Positions 8,603 through 18,030 of a DNA stretch of 64,000 nt are shown here, in pieces (position 1 is the stretch's first letter; each line of letters opens with the position of its first letter). The notes below the pieces were generated by a model. The model saw nothing but the letters and a program-made list of their open reading frames with translations, searched no databases and had not been told where the DNA came from. Position numbers and translations under genes: made by a program. Origin of the DNA: a virus (Duplodnaviria; Caudoviricetes); IMG/VR virus record IMGVR_UViG_3300029288_007054, positions 1 through 64,000 of that record. One strand, written 5' to 3'.

Positions 8603-9343
8603 TTAACATGGTTCTTCAGTTTCTTTATGTTCATGAGGACAACCGTATTCTTTACAGCCGACAAGAGGGGTTAACGCACCATGAAGCTTTACAACTGTTT
8701 CTGGCTGCTTCAAATACCACATTGCCAAGTTACATGCGCATCCAAAAGTATTGCCGCTATGTCCCTCATCTATTCCAGCAATTTTAACCTGCTCTTCAAA
8801 AGGTTTCTTATAAAACTCATCAATCTTATCGGGATCTTTTATTGCATTAGCGATTTTAATAGCTTCCTTAATAGTAAACATTTCGTATCCTTCGTAATCC
8901 CTTCTGAAATTAGGATTAGCCTTCCTAAACTTATCTATCCTTTGTTTAAAAACGTCAGGAAGCGCATCATATTCTGCATCCATCTTTTTCAGATTTTTCT
9001 TGAGACTTCTTGCCCTGTCTGCGTCCATCTTCTTGCAATAAGCCTTATGATCTTGCTCTGCCTCATCAGGAGTTCGATAATAGATAACTATTCCTTCGAT
9101 TACCACTCCCCTTACAGTATATCCAAATCCCTTACCATAAAATTTAGCCTTCATATTTTGCTTTGGGATAAATCCTGTTTTAGGAATACACAGGCAAGAG
9201 CCTCCATTAACTTGAATATCCCATGAATCTCCATAGTCAGACACCTTGTCTAATATATATTCTTCAAACTGAGTGTCCGTCGGTAGATATTTTAACGCTT
9301 TTTTAGTTACTCTTACTTTTTTTATAATGCCATTCTTTTTCAT
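8603..9343 (-). CDS. hypothetical protein
   Basis: 246-aa ORF, co-directional. Confidence 0.75.
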   Translation of the reverse strand: MKKNGIIKKVRVTKKALKYLPTDTQFEEYILDKVSDYGDSWDIQVNGGSCLCIPKTGFIPKQNMKAKFYGKGFGYTVRGVVIEGIVIYYRTPDEAEQDHKAYCKKMDADRARSLKKNLKKMDAEYDALPDVFKQRIDKFRKANPNFRRDYEGYEMFTIKEAIKIANAIKDPDKIDEFYKKPFEEQVKIAGIDEGHSGNTFGCACNLAMWYLKQPETVVKLHGALTPLVGCKEYGCPHEHKETEEPC

Positions 9344-9714
9344 AATCCCATCCTTTTTGCGTTTGTCATGAACTTTTTAATTTCCGAAGGTTTCCATGCC
9401 ATAAAGCCACCCTGCCTTATCCATATCCTTATTGCTGATATCATTAACGCCAACCATATTGCCCCGATCAAGACACCTGCCTGAAAAGCTATCCTAAGAA
9501 TTAGGGCCATTACAATAAAAAAAGTTATATCAGCCAGCATTGTTAATATTTGAAATAGGTATCTCATATTATTTCTCCTACGACAAGCTTCCAGTAATTT
9601 ATCTTTAAAATCACCAGAAACTGTCATTGTCTTAACTTTAGAATCAGAAGGGTCTAAAATCGTTATGACAGACTTACGAACAGACTTATTCCCAGCATCA
9701 CAAAGCAGGCACAT
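9340..9714 (-). CDS. hypothetical membrane protein
   Basis: Two hydrophobic segments. Confidence 0.6.
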   Translation of the reverse strand: MCLLCDAGNKSVRKSVITILDPSDSKVKTMTVSGDFKDKLLEACRRRNNMRYLFQILTMLADITFFIVMALILRIAFQAGVLIGAIWLALMISAIRIWIRQGGFMAWKPSEIKKFMTNAKRMGL

Positions 9715-9715
9715 A

Positions 9716-10495
9716 TTAGATCTCCGTTGACTTAGCTAACTTCATGCCCTTAGCAATCATTTCAGTAACAAAATCTTCTCCAAGCTTTTCAAACCCAGCG
9801 ACGTTAGAACAACAATCTGTAATGAGTGTGACCTTGCTCATGTCAAGGGCTGTAGCCATTTGCCTTACGCTAGAAGCCACACAATGACTGAGGGCTTCTC
9901 CTGCCACATAAATTTCATCAGCCAAATACAACGCATTAAGAAAACGATGATTAAACATAGTCGATGGGTCTTGAGGGTCTGGAACCTCCGCTTCAAAACA
10001 TCCATAGTTCTCAGAAAATGGATTTACACCTTTTGGAACGTAATTGACGATTTTTCTATTCTCATCTTCATATTTGCTCAAGGCTTCAAAAACTGGGAAA
10101 ATAATCGTTGCACCCTGAGAGCCCCAAGTGCAATGCCTAGGCCACAAACACAATGGATATTTGCCTTTCTTTTCCAATTCTTTGACGTATTCTTTCGCTC
10201 TAGGCAGGAGTTTGGGGTTAGTTGTAGTCCATGTCCCATTTTCGATATCCTCCGATTTAATAATCGTAAAAATATTTGGGGCAACGCCGTTCTTGTCCAT
10301 CCAGAAATTAGTGAAAAATATTGAGAACGTTCTATGTTGGTCAAGAGTCGCATGGATAAGCTGAAATTCCTTGGCCGTTCTTTTTAACAAAGCTGCCAAT
10401 CTTATCATGTCTTCATATGCTCCTTTTACAGATAAAGAGCCATTAGGATCACAAAAGTCTTTTTGACAATCAATTAGCAATAACTGTTTCTTCAT
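9716..10495 (-). CDS. pncA: nicotinamidase (isochorismatase family)
   Basis: LLLIDCQKDFC, GSLSVKGA, TLDQH, LWPRHC, KG, AGEALSHCV; start reassigned to 10495. Confidence 0.9.
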   Translation of the reverse strand: MKKQLLLIDCQKDFCDPNGSLSVKGAYEDMIRLAALLKRTAKEFQLIHATLDQHRTFSIFFTNFWMDKNGVAPNIFTIIKSEDIENGTWTTTNPKLLPRAKEYVKELEKKGKYPLCLWPRHCTWGSQGATIIFPVFEALSKYEDENRKIVNYVPKGVNPFSENYGCFEAEVPDPQDPSTMFNHRFLNALYLADEIYVAGEALSHCVASSVRQMATALDMSKVTLITDCCSNVAGFEKLGEDFVTEMIAKGMKLAKSTEI

Positions 10496-10745
10496 ATATT
10501 TCTCCTTATTTCCTGAGCTGACTGACATGTACATCCCACAATTTCTTATCTTTCTTGTTAAAGATCTTTACAAACTCCGGCTCCACTCCGTCAAACCCTA
10601 CAACAAGCCCCGACATAACAACTGGTTTAACAGCATTTATGGAACCCAGAGTTGTATATCTGATTGTTTTCCCTACATATCTCTTACTAAATTTATTTTT
10701 CATATTTTCCTTATTTCAGCTATTATAGGGCATTACTTTTCAAAA

Positions 10746-11708
10746 TCAAGATATTTTTAATGTGCCTTTCAGATAGGCTTTCCCATCCTCAGTAAGAATC
10801 CTACCCCTAGCAGTATTGTCAATAAAACCAAGCTCTCTTAGCCTTACTTCCAATTCAAGCTCTATGTTCTTTTCCTTAACGCCCATCTTAACAGCCAGAC
10901 TATGAATAGAGCAAGGTTCGCACTTTTCCAATATTTTAAGAAGCTCAACTTCTTCACTCTTCAATCCATAAGGGTAGATTCCAAATATTTCCTGAAACTC
11001 TTTCCAGCCACTTTCGGTTATAGTTGAAGTTTTTCTAAGATTGCAATACCTCTTAATATCTTGAGAGAGAAAGAATGTGTCTCTAGCCCTGCCTCTGCAT
11101 GCGTATGACAGGGCAGTCTGATCGCAAGAGAAAAAGGTGCTTGGAAGGTAATGGTTCAATATCTTAATCAGGTCAGCCTTCTCATACAAATGAAAATACA
11201 ATTTTTTGCATCTGTTAACAAGAGCCCTCTCCATCTTGTATGCATCGGTTGTAGCAAAGATAACATTATATTTTCTAAAGTCATATTGGAAAGTGTAACT
11301 TTTGTAATTAAACGTATTAGAAAGATCCTCGTTTGGTGCAAGAAGAGTCTTTAGCGATTCAGATACTTCGTCTTGCAACTCTTGAGATTCATCAAAAAGA
11401 ATCGTTTTAGGCGTTTCACCTGCAACCCTGTTTATCAAGACGTTCATAAGATCACTGGTCGTTTTTATAGAACCACAGTTAATTTCTACCAATTCCCTGC
11501 CAAGAGCAGATGCTACTTTTTGAGCCATATACGTCTTACCTAATCCTTGAGAACCGGAAAAAAGCAATGTAGGGAAAGGGGTTTCTAAAGAATGAGAATT
11601 AACCAGCATTGAAAGCTGTTTGCAACATTCAGATTGACCAATAATGCTGTCAAAAATCGTGCTATCCTGTTCAATTTCCATCGTCTCGCTAGGGGCTGTT
11701 AAGTTCAT
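10746..11708 (-). CDS. ruvB: Holliday junction branch-migration helicase RuvB-like AAA+ ATPase
   Basis: FDSIIGQ, LLFSGSQGLGKT, ILFDE, C-terminal winged helix E..L...GFIDNTARGRILT. Confidence 0.85.
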   Translation of the reverse strand: MNLTAPSETMEIEQDSTIFDSIIGQSECCKQLSMLVNSHSLETPFPTLLFSGSQGLGKTYMAQKVASALGRELVEINCGSIKTTSDLMNVLINRVAGETPKTILFDESQELQDEVSESLKTLLAPNEDLSNTFNYKSYTFQYDFRKYNVIFATTDAYKMERALVNRCKKLYFHLYEKADLIKILNHYLPSTFFSCDQTALSYACRGRARDTFFLSQDIKRYCNLRKTSTITESGWKEFQEIFGIYPYGLKSEEVELLKILEKCEPCSIHSLAVKMGVKEKNIELELEVRLRELGFIDNTARGRILTEDGKAYLKGTLKIS

Positions 11709-11782
11709 ATCCACCTTTCCTTTCTTATTTTCTGGAACCATCCTAACATATCCCCTAGTACATGTCAAGTCCTATTATAGCC

Positions 11783-11971
11783 TTATTCTAGTTTTTTTAG
11801 GCCATGCTTTTTGCCACAATAAGGGCAAAAATAGTGAACATTTACCTCCCCTATCTGTTCAAGTTTTCTGTTATTTAACCCGAATATCTCATCGCAATCA
11901 GGGCATTTGATCGTTGCCAGCCCCTGATGCAACATAGCTCCAATTTCTTTGAACTTTCTAGGTGTATTCAT
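11783..11971 (-). CDS. small zinc-ribbon protein
   Basis: CPDC...CPYCG. Confidence 0.6.
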   Translation of the reverse strand: MNTPRKFKEIGAMLHQGLATIKCPDCDEIFGLNNRKLEQIGEVNVHYFCPYCGKKHGLKKLE

Positions 11972-12965
11972 AGTTTGTTCCTTCTTTTATTAACTTTTTT
12001 AGTTTATGCATAACTGAGAGATTGCTATAAAGATTATTCTTGTGCTTTTTCCTAAATTCTTTTATCGTCTCTTTTCTTTTTCTTTCCTCTTTTTCTTTTT
12101 TTTCCTTATTTTCTTTTTTAGCTTTTTTATCCAATCCAAGCGTCTCTTCCGCTCTTCCCTGTAGTATTTTTACTTTGAGCTTCCTGAGGGCAACTCTGAG
12201 AATAACCCTGATTCTCTCCCTTGTAACTCCCATTTTCTTTGCCACATCTGCCATTGAAGTGTTACTATCGTCAAAAAACATAAGGTAAACTGTTTTGAGT
12301 TCTTTTGGTTTAAGCTCATGCATTTTTTCGAGCAAGGAATCTTTGAGCTCTTTTTCCTCAATATCCTGAGTTATGGGTTTTTCGTGTTTATTCTGAACGT
12401 GATCTAAAAAAACCTCCCAATCATCAATTGCTACAGGTCTAAGGTTCTGGTTTTTTCTAATATTTTTTAGCATATTAGTGTTAATCTTGAGCGCACTCAT
12501 TATCATTTCATCAGTTAATTTTTTACCATGTTTGATCTCTAATTCAGAAATTTTCCTAGCCATAATTTCATGTTCTTGTGGCAAACGAATAAATCTATGC
12601 TCATTAATACCGATATAGATATCTCTTTCAATTGCCGAATAAGCATAGGTATTGAATTTTACGCCCTTCTCGCTTTTGAATCCGTTAGCACATCTTATAA
12701 GTGCCATATTCCCAAATTGTATTAAATCCATTACTGAGAGGTCGCTATATTTTAGAGAGCCAAATCTCTTGTAAATCTTAACTGCGATATTAATTACCAA
12801 TAAAAGATTTCCGGTAATTAATTCGTTTCTAGCATTAAGGCATAAAATATGATCAGTACCTTTCTGGATAATGTCCGACAGCTCTCTTTCCCTTTGAGGG
12901 GTTAAAAGAGGATACTTAGCAGCATCCTTTATATACCTCTGTAAAGATTCCTGATCACAGTTCAT
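11958..12965 (-). CDS. RNA polymerase sigma-70 family factor (group 1/2-like) with Lys/Glu-rich C-tail
   Basis: LQRYIKDAAKYPLLT, DLIQFGNMAL, KFNTYA, MGVTRERIRVI. Confidence 0.9.
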   Translation of the reverse strand: MNCDQESLQRYIKDAAKYPLLTPQRERELSDIIQKGTDHILCLNARNELITGNLLLVINIAVKIYKRFGSLKYSDLSVMDLIQFGNMALIRCANGFKSEKGVKFNTYAYSAIERDIYIGINEHRFIRLPQEHEIMARKISELEIKHGKKLTDEMIMSALKINTNMLKNIRKNQNLRPVAIDDWEVFLDHVQNKHEKPITQDIEEKELKDSLLEKMHELKPKELKTVYLMFFDDSNTSMADVAKKMGVTRERIRVILRVALRKLKVKILQGRAEETLGLDKKAKKENKEKKEKEERKRKETIKEFRKKHKNNLYSNLSVMHKLKKLIKEGTNYEYT

Positions 12966-12967
12966 TT

Positions 12968-13807
12968 TTATACCTCAAAAGATGTTCGATCCCTTACCTT
13001 TTTCTGCATTTTTTTCAATGCGGATTCTGATATTTGTCTTATCCTTTCGCCACTGAGTCCGTACCTTCTACCAATAGCATTAAGTCCTTCTTTATCATCA
13101 TTTATATAACGACAATAGAGTATCTCTTTGGACAAAGGATCAAGCTGATTCAAATATTTTTGAAGAAGAGCTTTTCGATCCTTCTCAGCACAGCAAACAT
13201 ATGGAGACTTTGCTTTTGTATCTGCAATAGTTTCCTTTAGCGTTGATGTAGGATCATTGTCATTACCAAAATTATTATCTAAAGAAACAATGGAAGACGA
13301 GTTGGCGGCGTGAATATTTCCCAAAACATATGAAGAAACTTTGAGCTTTTTCATAATCTCTTTATCCGTCATTGCTGGAGTATTGTTACTGATTAGATCT
13401 TTAAACTTCCTATTCTTATTTCTAATGTGTCTTGGTATATACACATCTGAATAGGAAGCAATCATGGCTTGACCAATTTTTAAGTCAATCCAATATGTTG
13501 CAATAGTGCTGAATTTAGTTTTGAATATGGAAGGTTTAAAACGATCTATTGCCAAGCCAAGGCCTTCGACTCCAGCAGTTATCAGATCTTCAATAGGCAA
13601 ATTAGACTTACCTACTGCAGCGTATGCTCTCTGTAAAACAAGCTTGAGATTAGAAAAATAAAGCTGCTCTCTAGCTTCTTGCCTTCTTTTCCCAGTTTTG
13701 AACTTCTTTATTGTCTTTGCCAGCTCGACTTCTTCTTTTCTAGTCAGAAGGGGATGCTTTTCGATTATTTGTGCCCAATCCTGCATACATTTATCTAATG
13801 TCTCCAT
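12968..13807 (-). CDS. RNA polymerase sigma-70 family factor
   Basis: HPLLTRKEEVELA, NLKLV, DLITAGVEGL, KFSTIATYWI, GLSGERIRQI. Confidence 0.9.
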   Translation of the reverse strand: METLDKCMQDWAQIIEKHPLLTRKEEVELAKTIKKFKTGKRRQEAREQLYFSNLKLVLQRAYAAVGKSNLPIEDLITAGVEGLGLAIDRFKPSIFKTKFSTIATYWIDLKIGQAMIASYSDVYIPRHIRNKNRKFKDLISNNTPAMTDKEIMKKLKVSSYVLGNIHAANSSSIVSLDNNFGNDNDPTSTLKETIADTKAKSPYVCCAEKDRKALLQKYLNQLDPLSKEILYCRYINDDKEGLNAIGRRYGLSGERIRQISESALKKMQKKVRDRTSFEV

Positions 13808-13899
13808 AGTCTGTTCCTTTCAACGTTGAATCTTTCATTCATTTCGAAATGAGACTAACATAATTTAGGGACAAATGTCAAGCAAGAAAGCAAATATTT

Positions 13900-14877
13900 T
13901 TAGGCAGCTCTAGAATTAGGCCATTTTAGTACTTCAGTAGGCCACATTTTGTCATCAATAGGATACCCCAAAGAACGTATAATTTCTTTATTTTGGGCAC
14001 GAGTATCAAGAACCCTCTGGTCAAAATCCTTAGAATATTGCCCTTCAGCTTTATTCTCTCCATCTACGGGATACCTACCATTTTCCTTAATCCAGTCTAT
14101 CTTCTGTTGCATTTTTTTAACGATAGCGCACCAAGGGACCGGGCTATAACCCCAGATGTCTACTCCAGCATCGCAAGACAACACGTTATTGAATTCAGGC
14201 ATACGACCATGACTGTGTCCAAAAATGTGCCAAGCGCCATGACAAGAAGATGCATAGCTAGCCATTTTATAATGGCAAAAAGTAACATCCTGCTTCTGGA
14301 TGCTAGTCCTATACCCCAGTTCATGTACATTATCAAAAAGATTAAGACATTCTCTGCTCATCTGATCTGCCATTTCCCAATCTTGAAGATTAGCAAATTT
14401 AGCCCAAGTAGAGGAAATAATGCCGTCTCTGCAATCTTCAAGATTTATATCTCCATTTCTAAATCTTTTCAAAAGAGAGGAGCACTCTTTTTTAACATCA
14501 AACATGTCTTCGGGAATTACGCCATCCCTAAAAACATTATAGAAATCTTGGTTAGCCTTGTCATGATTGCCCATAATAAAGATCTTAGTATCTCCATTAA
14601 GAGATTGAATAAACTGTTTATGATTATTATAAGCAAAATCCCCTCCGATAATAACCCTAGCACCCTTTTTAGGCACCATAGCATTCCAGTTATCCCTTAT
14701 AGCGTCATTGTGGGACTGAAGATTAACCGCATAAGGATTGTTGTATTTAAAATGAAATTTTTTCAAGGGATCATAACTTGGGTTATTATATATCCAAGGC
14801 ATTCTACTCGCATGTAATGCTATATTCTTGTGGCCAAAATGTGCGTCCATTACCACGAAGTCTTTTTCGTTAATCAT
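13900..14877 (-). CDS. calcineurin-like metallophosphoesterase
   Basis: DAHFGH, GGDF, MGNHD, CHY, HIFGHSH. Confidence 0.85.
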   Translation of the reverse strand: MINEKDFVVMDAHFGHKNIALHASRMPWIYNNPSYDPLKKFHFKYNNPYAVNLQSHNDAIRDNWNAMVPKKGARVIIGGDFAYNNHKQFIQSLNGDTKIFIMGNHDKANQDFYNVFRDGVIPEDMFDVKKECSSLLKRFRNGDINLEDCRDGIISSTWAKFANLQDWEMADQMSRECLNLFDNVHELGYRTSIQKQDVTFCHYKMASYASSCHGAWHIFGHSHGRMPEFNNVLSCDAGVDIWGYSPVPWCAIVKKMQQKIDWIKENGRYPVDGENKAEGQYSKDFDQRVLDTRAQNKEIIRSLGYPIDDKMWPTEVLKWPNSRAA

Positions 14878-14909
14878 TTTCTATTCCTTAATTCTCCATA
14901 GTATACAAA

Positions 14910-14946
14910 AAAGAGGCGAAGAATCAAGTTATTTCTTCGCCTCTTT
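14910..14946 (-). terminator. intrinsic terminator downstream of caspase gene
   Basis: Perfect 14-bp stem AAAGAGGCGAAGAA/TTCTTCGCCTCTTT with 9-nt loop and T-run; overlaps a TTGATT-16-TATACT promoter for the phosphoesterase. Confidence 0.75.
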
Positions 14947-14958
14947 ATAAACGATTGT

Positions 14959-15891
14959 TTACTCAAACATTATTGAGTTCTTATTAGCCTCACTTCCTTC
15001 TAACTGAGGAGATTGCGGAAAAGATCGGCTTGGTAATGATTGCCTTAACTTTGCATAGAAATCATTATAGGTAATCTTAGGATTATTCTTTAACACCTGA
15101 ATTGCATAATAAGAAAATGCCCCACAAGGCTGACCACCGATATTGGCATCATAGCTATAACTCTTGTCATCTGTTCCGCTAATAAGAATGTGGTTCATGC
15201 CTTCTTCAGGATATGCAAAAGCTTTAACCGTAGGCATACCCATAAGTCTAACAGCTTCCATATCGTCAATAGGAGGCATATATCTGGCCTTAGAATAAAA
15301 GCTATCGTCATTCATTGCTGCTAAGAATGCCCTAGTAACAGTCCCAGAAAAGCATGAATCAGATATGAATGTCAATTTAACACCCTGAGGAAGTTGATTA
15401 AATATTTCTCTTATTTCGTCATCAATCATTAAATCTATTCCATTTGCCCCCCATAAACAAATAGCTTCATCTTTACCGTCTATTTCATCGTTATTAGTAT
15501 CTGCTATTGAGGTTCCATGTCCAGAATAAGTAAATACCAAAACATCTCCACTTTTCGAAGAAGTAACAAAATCAAGCATTTCCTTTTTAACTATTGCTTT
15601 AGTTGTTGCGCTATCAAATGCAGTTGTAACCTGAAAGCCATATTGACTGCTTAGTAAATTAGCCCAATTCTTAGCATCATTAACGCAACCCCTAAGATCA
15701 TTTTGAGTTCCGGGGTAATCGTTAATAGCAAAACAAAATGCTTTTTTCATTTTTACTCCTGCTTTTGTAGTTGTCGTAGTAGTAACTATGGGCGGATCTA
15801 CTTCTACATCGGGTTTCTTTGTAGAAGTAGTCGTCGTTGTTTTGGGACGATAAAGCCCTAGCAAAAAGAGGAAGTGTTGAAGAATATTCAT
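14959..15891 (-). CDS. metacaspase (peptidase C14) with Thr-rich N-terminal linker
   Basis: INDYPG...LRGCVNDA, FTYSGHG (catalytic His), ISDSCFSG (catalytic Cys), QSPQL. Confidence 0.9.
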   Translation of the reverse strand: MNILQHFLFLLGLYRPKTTTTTSTKKPDVEVDPPIVTTTTTTKAGVKMKKAFCFAINDYPGTQNDLRGCVNDAKNWANLLSSQYGFQVTTAFDSATTKAIVKKEMLDFVTSSKSGDVLVFTYSGHGTSIADTNNDEIDGKDEAICLWGANGIDLMIDDEIREIFNQLPQGVKLTFISDSCFSGTVTRAFLAAMNDDSFYSKARYMPPIDDMEAVRLMGMPTVKAFAYPEEGMNHILISGTDDKSYSYDANIGGQPCGAFSYYAIQVLKNNPKITYNDFYAKLRQSLPSRSFPQSPQLEGSEANKNSIMFE

Positions 15892-15910
15892 GATCTCTTC
15901 TTTTTAAATA

Positions 15911-16186
15911 TTAGTTTGCCCATTCGATAGAAAGAATGCGAAGTCTACCTTTTACAACTTCTAAAACCTTTATAATGTCATCCCAAGTTGTTGCAAGTAA
16001 ACTTTTATTTTCTGCTACTACTGCGGGTTGATTAGTTCTGCAATAAGGAATCGCAGCTTCAACTTGATAAGCTGTAATTTGTTCAGGCGTTCTTAAATCT
16101 AAATCAACAAGAGCCATCCTTCCAGTTGTGCATCCCGCAAGACTAATTACCGACACCATTGCTACTACCATAACTATCTTTTTCAT
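15911..16186 (-). CDS. putative lipoprotein
   Basis: MKK + hydrophobic stretch + LAGC lipobox. Confidence 0.75.
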   Translation of the reverse strand: MKKIVMVVAMVSVISLAGCTTGRMALVDLDLRTPEQITAYQVEAAIPYCRTNQPAVVAENKSLLATTWDDIIKVLEVVKGRLRILSIEWAN

Positions 16187-16206
16187 TTTGTTTCTCCTTT
16201 TTATTT

Positions 16207-17967
16207 TTATGCTTTTCTACATTCAACAAGTATATACCTATAACTTCCGTAAGTGCATCTATCCCCTGCAAACGGAGGGTTCGTAATTTGAACATTTTTG
16301 CCTTGAGGATCTATAGTAGAAAATCCGATTGTATGATAAATATAACCATCGACCGTAAAATCCTCTGAAATCAATTGTTTGTTTACGACCTTAACCCTAT
16401 CAATTGCAATAGATGATAGAAACCAATAGCCGCCACTATTCCCCTTCCACACAGCATATCTTGCGCAAATACCTTTTTGGGATTCCAATCCGCACTCCTC
16501 ATAATCGCCATTATTTTTCATATACTCTTTAGTATATTTAGCGGGATTTGGATCGCATAGGACACCAACGGGCGAAACAGGTTCAACAGGTGAAACAGGA
16601 GTAGCGTTTCCCGTAACAGATATATACATCACCCGCAGAGTTTTATAGCATCTTGACTTAGGAATGGTTAATGGATTAGCTGTTTCTACCATATTAGCAG
16701 AAGTATTTACTAAGTACCCAACGCAATGATATTTCAAGCCCGTAATGCCAGAAACTACATCAACAGCTTTCACAACAATCCCACCATCGGATGCTGTGCT
16801 TAAAGTAACTCCTTTGCCACCAACACTACCTGCAAGAGGATACCAAGTACCTTTACAAGTGATCCCAGATCTTGATAAATTTTCAGAGTCATTAGCCGAC
16901 AACCTAACGTCCATTCCGTTAAAATTAGGATTCCATACTTCATTTCCTTTATCTCTTAAATCTCCATCAACAGGAGTATATCCGGGAGTAGGAGGAGTGG
17001 GAGGAGTAGGAGGATTAACTCCCTGAATATTGGCTAGAAAATCTTTCCAGTTATGAATGGCGTCTGTCGCTCCATCAAATACCAAGCCTCCGCCAACAAG
17101 TGATCGTACTGCTTTTGCAATAGGCTTAACGTCTACTATGTTCCATGTTGCACCATCGGTATTAGGAAGCTGTCCTATTTTTACGCAGCTTGCCTTAATT
17201 TGGCTATGTTCGCTATACCGCCACAAACCGCCGGGGTTGTTTCCAGAAGTGAATATTCTAGCAACACCGAGAGATTTTAGAGCATCTCTTACTTTAGCAG
17301 CGAAGCCAGTATTTTCGCCTTCATTAATAATTTCAAATGCAACATTAACGCCATTTAATTCCCTTACTACCTCTGTAACATATGCATTAACAGTACCATA
17401 ATTATTATAAATGTCAAATGGTTGTCCAAATGGCCCCCCATTTACCTTATTCAATGGACTCTTTGCCCATTTGTTAGATCGTTTTAGAGTACAATGGTCA
17501 AATAACACAAAGGCAACGCATACTCCCTTACTTGCACAATAATCTCTGATTTTCTTACAATAACTTACTTTTATACTATCTAATGCTAACCCCTTACCAC
17601 TTGTAAATAATGCTCCATCTTCGTATAATAGCTGGAATTGTATCAAATTGCCCCCAGCATTAGCGAACTGATCAATCATTTTAAAAATATCTTTGGGGGC
17701 GTCGTTAGTGACGCCATCAGTACGCCAAGGCATTAAACCAACAAACATACCCATACCTATTAAATGATCCCATGAAACAACTATTGGACCGGGTTTGGTA
17801 GTTGTTGTTGTAGTAGTTATAGGTGTAGGAGGTGTAGGAGGTGTAGGAGGTTTAATAGTTGTGGTTGAAGTCGTAGTTGGAGTAATAGCTCCACAGATAA
17901 AAAATTTAGGAAAAATCTCTGTCAATTTCTTTAAATAAGGATTCGAGCAATCTACTTTTATATTCAT
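16207..17967 (-). CDS. multidomain protein: GH5-like TIM-barrel plus Pro/Thr linkers and C-terminal beta domains
   Basis: VAFEIINEG resembles the clan GH-A acid/base NE motif; (PPT)n and T-rich linkers; GH call tentative. Confidence 0.55.
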   Translation of the reverse strand: MNIKVDCSNPYLKKLTEIFPKFFICGAITPTTTSTTTIKPPTPPTPPTPITTTTTTTKPGPIVVSWDHLIGMGMFVGLMPWRTDGVTNDAPKDIFKMIDQFANAGGNLIQFQLLYEDGALFTSGKGLALDSIKVSYCKKIRDYCASKGVCVAFVLFDHCTLKRSNKWAKSPLNKVNGGPFGQPFDIYNNYGTVNAYVTEVVRELNGVNVAFEIINEGENTGFAAKVRDALKSLGVARIFTSGNNPGGLWRYSEHSQIKASCVKIGQLPNTDGATWNIVDVKPIAKAVRSLVGGGLVFDGATDAIHNWKDFLANIQGVNPPTPPTPPTPGYTPVDGDLRDKGNEVWNPNFNGMDVRLSANDSENLSRSGITCKGTWYPLAGSVGGKGVTLSTASDGGIVVKAVDVVSGITGLKYHCVGYLVNTSANMVETANPLTIPKSRCYKTLRVMYISVTGNATPVSPVEPVSPVGVLCDPNPAKYTKEYMKNNGDYEECGLESQKGICARYAVWKGNSGGYWFLSSIAIDRVKVVNKQLISEDFTVDGYIYHTIGFSTIDPQGKNVQITNPPFAGDRCTYGSYRYILVECRKA

Positions 17968-18030
17968 TTTACATTACCTTTTTTATACATTCATACTTCC
18001 TATTTTTTTGCATATATTCCTTCAACTATC

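Noticed and set aside
13993-14817. 274-aa plus-strand ORF, and many other plus-strand ORFs antisense to real genes (e.g. 8681-9226, 28862-29563, 29941-30552)
   Set aside because: They shadow well-supported minus-strand genes, lack motifs and show the hydrophobic bias expected from antisense reading of AT-rich coding DNA.
14900-14916. CCTCTTTT spacer motif shared by promoters at ~14907, ~42826 and ~53954
   Set aside because: Its position relative to the -10 box is inconsistent, and at 14907 it is explained by the terminator stem.
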